From the NCBI GenBank assembly GCA_964016885.1, contig OZ024754.1, forward strand, positions 32,302,001 to 32,366,000: a stretch of 64,000 nt of DNA. The letters are read 5' to 3'. Each line of letters begins with the position of its first letter. The stretch's first letter is position 1. Of this stretch, positions 53,241 through 64,000 are shown piece after piece. The notes under the pieces are model-generated. The model was not told the origin of the DNA and ran no database searches. It saw nothing but the letters and a program-made list of their open reading frames with translations. Origin of the DNA: Eledone cirrhosa. Taxonomy: Eukaryota. The position numbers and the translations under genes were made by a program.

Positions 53241-54009
53241 TAAACTCTAGGTAGACTCAATCCGCCACCTAGTTTAACACCACCACCCGTCCCTTCGATG
53301 TTTTTCATAGAGTCTAATCTATTGCCAGGAATCAAGCCATGTCTCTACTTAGATGTACCCTTTCTCTCCTTCTCCCACCAATTCTGGAAGTCCTCAAAAC
53401 TGTGGCCCTTCCCTCCCTGACTAAAAAACTTACAAAACAGATAAGGTTGAAATTATCAAAATATCGATTCACATTATTTTCTTTAATTACCTCCCCTTTC
53501 CCCCCACAAATATTTCTACGCTAGATGGCGCATCAAATGGCAGCTGATGGCGCCAGAAACTGATTTCTTTCTTGGATCAATTTCAAAAAGTTCTAAATCA
53601 TCGATCACTATTTGCTGTGTACGTGTGTGTGTATGTGTGTGTATATGTGTGTGTGTGTTTGTATGTATATGTGTGTTTTTCTACATGTATGTGTGTGTGT
53701 GTGTATTTTGTGTATGTATGTGTGAGAGTGTGTACGGGGAGTAGGTCTGAGTATAAGTGAAAATACATAAGTGTGAGTATGTATGTGTGTGGCAGTGTGT
53801 ATAGTGTGTGTATGTATGAGTATGTATGTGTGTGGCAGTGTGTATAGTGTGTGTATGTATGAGTATGTATGTTTGTGTATGTATGAGTATGTATCTGTGT
53901 GGCAGTTTGTATTGTGTGTGTATGTATGAGTGTGTATGTGTGTGGCAGTTTGTATAGTGTGTGTATGTATGAGTATGTATGTGTGTGACAGTTTGTATTG
54001 GGTGTGTAT

Positions 54010-54755
54010 ATATACGTGTATATGTGTACAATAGTGTGTACAGTATGTATATATAAGTATATATGCGTACAATAGAGCATACATGGTGTGTATATATAAG
54101 TATATATGTGTACAATAGTGTGTACAGTATTGTGTATATATAAATATATATGTGTACAATAGTGTGTACAGTATGTATATATAAGTATATATGTGTACAA
54201 TAGTGTGTACAGTATGTGTATATAAATATATATGTGTACAATAGTGTGTACAGTATGTGTATATATAAATATATGTGTACAATAGTGTGTACAGTATGTG
54301 TGTATATATAAGTATATATGTGTACAATAGTGTGTACAGTATGTGTATACATAAGTATATATGTGTACAATAGTGTGTACAGTATGTGTGTATATAAATA
54401 TATATGTGTACAATAGTGTGTACAGTATGTGTGTATATAAGTATATATGTGTACAATAGTGTGTACAGTATGTGTATATATAAGTATATATGTGTACAAT
54501 AGTGTGTACAGTATGTGTATACATAAGTATATATGTATACAATAGTGTGTACAGTATGTGTATATATATGTGTACAATAGTGTGTACAGTATGTGTGTAT
54601 ATAAATATATATGTGTACAATAGTGTGTACAGTATGTGTATATATAAGTATATATGTGTAGAATAGTGTGTACAGTATGTGTATACATAAGTATATATGT
54701 GTACAATACAGTATGTGTGTATATAAATATATATGTGGACAATAGTGTGTACAGT
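54010..54755. repeat. ~42 bp minisatellite built from TG/TA microsatellite
   Basis: GTGTACAATAGTGTGTACAGTATGTGTATATATAAGTATATAT repeated. Confidence 0.88.
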
Positions 54756-55099
54756 TTTTGATGTGGTGTTGGGTTGCCTCAATATGGAAACCACTGAGTT
54801 TCTGACGATGGGTTTTTGTATTTTATTTTATTCTATTTTCTATCTCTTTTTTTAATTATATTTGTTGTTGTTGTCACGGATGGCTGATTAAGTAATGAGT
54901 GGGTTAATATTACTTGTATTGATCGGCTTTTGATTATGGTTATCCTATATTTGTGTTGTGAGTTATCAGATATTTTCAATATGAAGATCTTTGGGTGTTC
55001 GAAGTCGTATTCTCCTGTTATTTCAACAATTAAATTATCATTTGTTTTTCTATCCAAGGAAGTTTTAATTATTTTGTGGGGATTTATTAATTCCTGCCT

Positions 55100-56100
55100 T
55101 TCTTAATTAGGTGGTTGATTCTTTATACCTAGAGAAGGTTTTTCAGTATTTTGTTGGAGCAGTTAATGATCCAGTCGGACCAAAAGTTACGTAGGTCCCT
55201 ATGAGTCATAATATCCAGCACAGGTCGCCTACCCTGTGTCAACCATGGCAAAGGTTTGTAGATCGCATTATCGACCTCGATATTTGATATTCCGTCTTGT
55301 TTTTCAGATCTCATATCTTCCTCGCCAGGGCAATTGCTTTGTACAGGTTAGCGTTTAGCGGTTTTGAATGAATGTATGTGCAGGTAGAGGCGTATTTTGA
55401 ATTGGTTTGCTGTCGCACCGATGTGAATATGCCACTTGTAGTTGTTATCTTGCATTTATATACAATATTACTGTACAGGAATTTATCCCATATGGTGTTG
55501 CCTGTAAATGCAGCTTCTTGTATCATATTTGCTGCTAGGTGGTGTTCTAGTATTAGATTGGATCGGTGTTTGTGGTAATGTGACAGTGTTGTTGACTGTT
55601 GCCTTACATCCTACAATTTCCTTGTTGAGGGAAATTTGGACCTTCCGGCTCGGTTCCATAGAGTTGCCTGTTTAGTTGTGGTGTTTGTTATAGTTATTAA
55701 GTCAGCTGAGTTTTAGATTGTGGAGTATCATAGTTTAATTGTACGACTATTAAGCATTTTATAGTTGTATCTACGATATGATGAACACATTTTTTTCAAT
55801 TTCTTCAAAAGAAATCATTAGATATTTTAGATTTCACCTGAATTCAGTAAGGAGGTTTATATCAGACAATTTCTTTCTACGGGTTCGTTTTGGTGATTCT
55901 CTCCGTTTGTTCTTTGGGTGTGTACATATTCCCACTTGGTGTTTCTATTCTGTTATTGTTGTTTCAGGAAGGGCCTTTGGTTCTCTACATTTTCTGTCAT
56001 GTGTTCATAGTTTGTATTCGGTAGAGTGTTTCTATGAGTCGCATTGATTTCTATGTTGTTATTTTTGTTTAGCTTTCTATGGATGGTGTCGTGTTTTCAG
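55100..56100 (-). pseudogene. Degenerate PLE GIY-YIG region fragment
   Basis: Reverse-complement frames give IV*YKPPY, YKMLNSRTIKL*YS, LYSNIVYKCKI, IGATANQFKIRLYLHIHSF, LARKI*DLK. Confidence 0.7.
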
Positions 56101-56684
56101 TAGTGTTTTGGAGTTATATGTTATAAACTAAAGTCTGTCTCGAGACCGAGATTCACCAGGCGGGTGCTTATTATCCGGGTGTCTATGGCTTGAAGTGACT
56201 GAGAGTACACAACTCCCCCCTGGACAGGACGCCAGTCCATCGCAGGGTTAAAGTCTGTCTCGAGCCCTGAGGCTGACCAAGCCGGTGCTTATCCCGGTGT
56301 CTGTTGCTTGAAGTGACAGAGAGTACAATACCCCCTCTGCCGTCCACTGCAGGGTTAACCCCCACCCCAGCTATTGCTGGTACTCATTTTCAGCTGAGTT
56401 ACTTGAGCAACGTGAAAATGAAGTGTTTTGTGCAAGAACACAACACACAACCACCACTACTGCTACCACCGCCATTTCTTCTATTTCATATTCGTTACAT
56501 TCCTCACAGAATAACTTTGCAATAATTTCACCAATTCCTACAACCACACCCTCCCCCACCACACCAATTCCTACAACCACACCCTCCCCCACCACACCAA
56601 TTCCTACAACCACACCCTCCCTCACCACACATGCGCATCAAATACAAACGAAAAGAAAATAATAAAAGACACCCACACACGAAA

Positions 56685-57400
56685 CACCACCACCATTACC
56701 ACCAGCACTACCGCCATTACCACAACCACCACCGCCGCCACCACCACCACCACCACCACCACCACCACCACCACCACCACCACCACCACCACCACCACCA
56801 CCACCAACACCACCACCACTACTACCACCACCACCACCACCACCATTACCACCACTAACACCACCGCCATTAACACAACCACCACCACCACCACCACCAC
56901 CGACATTACCACCACCACCACCACCACCACCACCACCACTACCACTACTACCACCACCACCACCATTACCGCCACCAACACCACCGCCATTAACACAACC
57001 ACCACCACCACCACCACCGACATTACCACCACCAACACCACCACCACCACTACTACCACCACCACCACCATTACCGCCACCAACACCACCGCCATTAACA
57101 CAACCACCACCACCACCACCATTACCACCACCAACACCACCACCACCATTACCACCACCACCACCACCACCACCATTACCACCACCACCACCATTACCAC
57201 CACCAACACCACCACCATTAACACAACCACCACCACCACCAGCACCGACATTACCACCACCAACACCACCACCACCACCACTACTACCACCACCACCACC
57301 ATTACCGCCACCACCACCACCACCACCACCACCACCACCACCACCATTACCACCACCACCACCACCATTACCCCCTCCCCCACCACCTTTACCACCACTA
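56685..57400. repeat. (CAC)n-type low-complexity tract (similar at 34920-35350 and 63370-63780)
   Basis: Degenerate ACC/CAC trinucleotide array with higher-order units. Confidence 0.95.
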
Positions 57401-58101
57401 CCCCCCCCCCCCCAACAACAACAACAAGCAAAAACTAAAACTCCGCAAAAAAACTGAAAATAATTTCTATCCCCAAAAGTCATTGCAGCTTCTCTAGAAA
57501 TATTAAACACCATCATCGTCATCGTCCCGATTATCATCGTCACGATTATCGTCATCGGTATCATAACCGTAATCATCATCATCATCATCATCAGCAGCAG
57601 CATTGGCACAGTCATTATCATCATCATCGTCAACATCATTGCCATCATCCCCATCCTTTCCCTTCTCCTTCTCTTCCTCCTCCTAATTATCTTCTTCTTC
57701 TTCTTCTTCTTCTTCTTTTTCTTCTTCTTCTTCTTCTTCTTCTTCTTCTTCTTCTTCTTCTTCTTCTTCTTCTTCTTCTTCTTCTTCTTCTTCTTCTTCT
57801 TCTATAAATGGTGGACGTTTGTGATAGTCGAGGCGTCTGTTTGGTTCTGAAACAAATGACAGCTTCTTGGAGTTTGGCACTTTCCGGACACCCCCTCGCC
57901 CTCCACGTACAGAACAACACACTCACATGCTCCTTTACACACACACACAGATATATATATACATACATACATATATACATACATATATACACACACAAAC
58001 ATACACATACACATACACACACACATACATGTACAAGTCCCACAAACTAGCTTTTCAGTATTCTAAGAACGTGGAGTGAAAAAAATAAATTACACACATA
58101 C

Positions 58102-58143
<42 letters not shown>

Positions 58144-58192
58144 ATATATGTATGGTCATCTCTATATACACTATACAAACGCATGCATACAG

Positions 58193-58237
<45 letters not shown>

Positions 58238-58285
58238 TCTTCTATTGACGTATATATATATATTTTGCTCTTCTATACACATATA

Positions 58286-58374
<89 letters not shown>

Positions 58375-58528
58375 CTATATATATATATCTATATATATAT
58401 ATAAAATATATATATATATATAGAGAGAGAGATTTCAGTGAAATAACAACCCAACAAGGAACTGGGCATATCAGAGTATTGACAATATTATACACCTCAA
58501 CTTGTCTATACCATACTAATTCAAACTG

Positions 58529-58577
<49 letters not shown>

Positions 58578-58610
58578 CATATTATATATATATATATATA
58601 ATATTCATAT

Positions 58611-58684
<74 letters not shown>

Positions 58685-58736
58685 CATATTATATATATAT
58701 ATATATATATATAATATACATATATATATATATATA

Positions 58737-58827
<91 letters not shown>

Positions 58828-59639
58828 GTGTATATCAATAGAAGAGCAAGGGGGGGGGGAGGGAGAGAAAGAGAATGAGATACAGAGAAGAGAAAGAGAT
58901 GGGTAGGAGAGAAAAAGAAGAAGAGCAAAATAAATTGAGCAAGAGGAGAGAAACAGGCGAAGAAGAGGAGAGAATAGAAGGAGAGAAAGAAGAGAAAAGG
59001 AGAGAAAGAGAAGGAGAGAAAGAGAAGGAGAGAACGAGAGGAGAGAAACAGGAGTTAAAGAGGGGGAAAAGAATGAGAGGAGAGAACGAAGGGGGAGATA
59101 GAGAAGGAGAGATAGAGAAAGAGAAAAAGAACAAGCTGAATCTTTCTCCTCTGTTTTCTGGTCAGCATATGAAGAGAGGTATGTTAAGTGACCCCCCCCC
59201 TCTCATATATCTGACAGTTGTTCTAACACCTGCCGAGGGGAACCCCTACAATGTCAAGAAGATATAATAACCTTTTTTGTTGCACCCAACGCAACCGTTA
59301 GACAGGAAATACCTTTGACATTCCAGCTCACCAGCCAATGTATATGTGGGTATGTATTGTTTCTACTTTTGGCACAAGGCCAGCAATTATCCCAGTGCAT
59401 TACTGGTACTTTATTTTATCGACCCCGTAAGGATGAAAGGCAAAGTTAACCTCGGCGAAATTTGAACTCAGAATGGCAAGGGCCGTAACTCTATGCATCA
59501 AAGCATGGCGTCCGACCGTGCGTATGTACACAAAATTTTTACCCATCTCTAGGCCCACGGACAGTTCACAAAGATTAATACACAACCAGCAAACTGATGT
59601 TGTGTGTGTGTGTGTGTGCATTGTGTATGTGTGTGTGAG

Positions 59640-59866
<227 letters not shown>

Positions 59867-60169
59867 TATGCATGTATATATGCATATGTATATATATATA
59901 TAACATATATATGTATATATATGTAATATGTATATATATAATATATATATATGTATATATATATGCATGTATATATGCATATGTATATATATATGTATAT
60001 ATATATAACATATATATGCGTTTACAGATTGACTTTGTTAGTTTCAGAAGATCCGTTAAGGGTGAAAGCAGCGATTCTTCGCTTAAACTTTAATCTGTTA
60101 TTTTAATAAATATAATATATTATATATATATAATATATATATAATATATTATATATATATAATTATATA

Positions 60170-60221
<52 letters not shown>

Positions 60222-60225
60222 TATA

Positions 60226-60355
<130 letters not shown>

Positions 60356-60432
60356 TATAAATATATATAATATATATATAATATATACAATGATATTAAA
60401 TAAGTGGAAACTATATTTATAAAACCATATTT

Positions 60433-60494
60433 ATTCTATTATATATATTTCAAGTGTACCAAAAAAACTTTGGTACGCTTTCATCAGATAAAAT
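60433..60494 (-). ncRNA. Hammerhead motif in a relative (60392-60541) of the 38474 element
   Basis: Reverse complement: ATTTTAT-CTGATGA-AAGCGTACCAAAG..TTTGGTACACTT-GAAA-TATATA-TA-ATAGAAT. Confidence 0.72.
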
Positions 60495-60549
60495 ACAAAG
60501 AGTGTTATAATACAAAGAGTGTTTATTTTATCTGATGAAAACTATATTT

Positions 60550-61980
60550 AGAGAAAAATACATAGTGATACAGGATTTCAGGTCTCTCAGCCAATGAAGA
60601 CATTTTTAGAGTCTCTGCCTCTTATTACAATGAATCCCTTGTCTCCAGTGGCTTTAAAGAAACATTACTTGTCTAGAAAACACCCCAAGACCACTTAGGA
60701 GAAATAGACATAGGGAAATTAGTTGGTACAACCCCCCGCCCCCACTTCAACCGAAAGGTATCTACACCAATAGCTAAAACTTTCTTCAAATTACTAAATA
60801 AACACTTCCCCACACAACATAGGCACTGCACTATTTTAAAATAAGAATACGATAAGACTCTCCTACTACATTACACCCAACTTAGCTAGGAATATGGCCA
60901 ACCTCAACACTGCTAAATTAAATAAGCCTATTACCTCCAAAACCTACCCCTGTTCGGGAGCCTTGTGCAACTGCCACAATAAGAAAACAAATGCCTGATG
61001 AATGACATCGTATATAAATGCGATGTCATCTCAGCCATTGACAAAAAAAAAAAACATATATCGGATAGACATCCAACGAATTTAAGACCCGGTGGTATGC
61101 CCATACCCACTCGTTCAGAAGACCGGACAAATCCAACCAAGCAACACTCGCCGCCTATGTTTGGAACCTCAAGAGGAAGTCCAACCCCTTCACGCTCAAA
61201 TGGAAATTACTCCAGGGAGCGCGCTCATGCATAGGAGGACACAAGTGTTGCGACCTTTGTATTTCGGAGAGCTATGAAACACCATTTGCCCGACACTGAA
61301 CAAACTCTCTGAACACTGCCCGAACTACATGCACAAAAGCTATGCAACGTATAAATCCTACAAACCAGTTTTGCCCCCAGAACGATAGTTTCAAAAAACA
61401 GCCCACTCGATAAAATATCAACCTACGCCTCTTTCGGTCCACCTCACAATACTGAGGTTATTTAAGTACTCTTTACCTACTTGCCTTTTTTACTTGTATA
61501 AGCGTACTTGTATGTATGAAAATGTGTGTTTATGTCTGTATGTACGTATATATATGTATATACAAAATTAAAATTAAGGGTTGTCATGTCTGAGAGACAT
61601 GCGCCATATATATGTATGCATTTGCGTGTATATACATATGTATATGTGTGTATATTTGTATATCTACTACTATGACTACCTCTCTCTCTATATATATATA
61701 AGGTTCCATTTTAGACCCAGTCTCGCAACAAGAAAGATGAATACTTCAACACTTAATTAAAAATTTTAAAATTTTAAATTCTTTTTAATTCTTCTTAATT
61801 GTAATATTCAATATTTGATAAGATGGTCTACACTGATACATCGAAACCGGTTATATTTTATATACATTATAAAACTCCTTTTTTTAACAAAAGATTGTCC
61901 CTCTCAGTTTTTCAATAATGCTACTTTGACGAATCAAAGAAGAAAAAAAGGAAAAACAGATCCTTAAATATATTTTCTGT
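60550..61980 (+). pseudogene. Degenerate 5'-truncated PLE of another family (GIY-YIG region + 3' UTR with decayed hammerhead 61810-61857)
   Basis: Frameshifted WYNPP, LLNKHFP, NTIRLSY, CLMNDIVYKC, YIG*TSNEFKTRWYAH, TLAAYVWNLK, CDLC; motif AATAT-TTGATAA-GATG..CATC-GAAA-CCGG-TT-ATATT. Confidence 0.8.
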
Positions 61981-62009
61981 GATATTTCCAATTCCTCTCT
62001 CTCACTCTT

Positions 62010-62048
<39 letters not shown>

Positions 62049-62058
62049 ATATATATAT

Positions 62059-62292
62059 ATAAGGAAAAAAGATGAAATCGAAAATGCAACTGGAGTCTTT
62101 TTAAGAATATTTATTTGGTTCCTTTACCGGTTTCACAGTTCTTATGCTTTTCAAAAGTAGAATTGAGATGGAGGGTTTGTGGTTATTCTCGTAAGATGCT
62201 CTAGTTGCATTTTCGATTTCATCTTTTTCCCTTATACTTTCACTCGTGTAGGACATCTCGTTTTTTTTCATTTTGGGAAAAACCCTTCATTT

Positions 62293-62297
<5 letters not shown>
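62059..62297 (+). mobile_element. Mini fold-back element with a degenerate hammerhead in the spacer (minus strand) and a ~60 bp tail
   Basis: Arms 62061-62095 / 62199-62233; spacer reverse complement TTGAAAA...GAAA-CCGG-TA; (TA)n flanks. Confidence 0.6.
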
Positions 62298-62340
<43 letters not shown>

Positions 62341-62344
<4 letters not shown>

Positions 62345-62528
62345 GTTTCTACTTTAGGCACAAGGCCAGCAATTACCCAGTGCATTACTGGTACTTTATT
62401 TTATCGACCCCGTAAGGATGAAAGGCAAAGTCAACCTCGGCGGGATTTGAACTCAGATCGTAAAGGGACGTAACTATGCTGGAAAGCATGGCGTCCGACC
62501 CTCTACCGATACTGCCAATCCACCGCCC
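62341..62528 (-). mobile_element. tRNA-derived SINE with Deu/Nin-type central domain (about 15 copies in the window)
   Basis: Reverse complement GGCGGTGGATTGGCAG..GAGTTCAAATCCC (B box)..GCCTTTCATCCTTACGGGGTCGATAAAATAAAGTACCAG. Other copies near 4140, 4440, 7565, 12520, 12730, 16555, 21400, 41240, 59357, 62748. Confidence 0.85.
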
Positions 62529-63230
62529 TCTTATATATATATATATTATATATATATATATAATATATATATATATTATATATATATATATAATATATAT
62601 ATATATTATATATATATATTATATATATATATATAAGTATTGAAGTTTCCGTTGAAAATTGAAAAAGTCAGAGGAATGAAGAGTGCTCTATGTAAGTTAC
62701 AGAGATATAAAATGACTTACCTACAGTTTAGTGCCTCATTACTAAATAATTGTTTCTACTTTTGACACAAGGCCAGCAATTATCCCAGTGTATTACTGGT
62801 ACTTTATTTTATCGTCCCCGTAAGGATGAAAGGCAAAGTTAACCTCGGCGGGATTTGAACTCATATCATACAGGGAGGTAACTCTATGCTTCAAAGCATG
62901 GCGTCCGACCCTCTACTGATACTTCCAATCCACCGCCTCATTACTTAATAATGTATATTACACAGCACAGTAGGATTACCTGTTTATGAAGTCAGAGAAA
63001 AAAACAAAATTGTTATATCGACTTATGGAAATTATCGGAAATTGTTTGTGATCTTAAAACGAAAGATTACCTCGATAATTGATAAGTTTTAGTGTTTGTG
63101 AGGTTACGAAGAAAATTTATTTAAGCATGTATTGTTATTAATCTATATAACTATTTATACTTTGAATGGAATTACTTAATAAATACCAAGTAAAATTATC
63201 TCTTTACTAAATTTCACCACCAACACCACC

Positions 63231-63261
<31 letters not shown>

Positions 63262-64000
63262 CTTCTATGTGAAGAAAATGCCACTAAAGGAGCGGCGACC
63301 ACAATAATCCTTAAGTCTCCATCCCTCTTACCAACGCAACGACAACTACCATCACACGACAACGACCACTACAATCATCATTCACACAACCACCACCACC
63401 ACCACTTCTGACACAACCACCACTACTACTACCACCACTACCACCACTACCACCACCACCACCGTCATTAACAAAACCACCACCACCACCACCACCACCA
63501 CCACCACCACCACCACCAACACCATTACCACCACCAACACCACCACCACTTCTGACACAACCACCACTACTACTACCACCAATACTACCACCACCACCAC
63601 CACCACCAGCACCACCACCACCACCACTTCTGACACAACCACCACTACTACTACTACCACCAATACTACCACCACCACCACCACTTCTGACACAGCCACC
63701 ACTACTACTACCACCACTACCACCACCACCACCACCACTATAACCACCACCACCACCACCACCACCACCACCACCACCAGAACTGTTTAGCAACTGTAAA
63801 CATTTTTAGGTGAGTGTGTGCCAAATGTTTCAGTTATTGTGGTCGCCACCACACCAGCTCCTCAGACTTACTGACCACACTCTCAATAATCAAATCTGAC
63901 ACATTGCCAACAAGTAAAGCTGCCGTCGAAGCTATCGGCTGCCTTTGAAGAATTTAAAGCCATAATTTCTACATAAACATTCATTTATCCATCGAAGACT

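Noticed and set aside
56622-57654. Gly-rich, Val-rich or His-rich protein ORFs (also 34695-35465 and 63311-63793)
   Set aside because: Degenerate (CAC)n tracts with no splice or domain support; a low-complexity exon cannot be fully excluded without RNA data.
58875-59267. E/R/K-rich 130 aa ORF
   Set aside because: Translation of a GA-rich polypurine tract.

Overview
AT-rich, microsatellite-saturated animal genomic DNA. The repeat repertoire (Deu/Nin-domain and CORE-type tRNA SINEs, RTE, R4/Dong, Penelope-like elements) points to a coleoid cephalopod, probably Octopus (inference). The first 22 kb holds two intact 5-exon + strand genes that I reconstructed from splice sites: SRP14 (4723-10790, 113 aa) and C1D/Rrp47 (14020-22140, 167 aa). 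In the remaining ~42 kb I recognise no host gene; it is mobile-element debris in (TA)n/(TACA)n tracts. The centrepiece is a young 5.8 kb palindromic Penelope-like retroelement (PLE) insertion (25309-31141). It has two ~2.67 kb near-identical inverted arms, each with an open RT + GIY-YIG frame and a minimal hammerhead ribozyme, a 424 bp spacer, and a 3' tail on one arm only. At least six miniature fold-back elements of different sequence share this architecture (microsatellite / inverted arm / direct arm + unpaired tail / microsatellite), most with hammerhead motifs, and several have an ACTC(CA) motif just past the end of the inverted arm. Also present: (TACA)n-embedded R4/Dong fragments, a bipartite non-autonomous RTE derivative, CRE-like and Helitron fragments, piggyBac/mariner/hAT-type MITEs and several minisatellites. 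Nearly all long ORFs in the supplied track are microsatellite artefacts. All calls are from manual reading with no database search; repeat boundaries are approximate.
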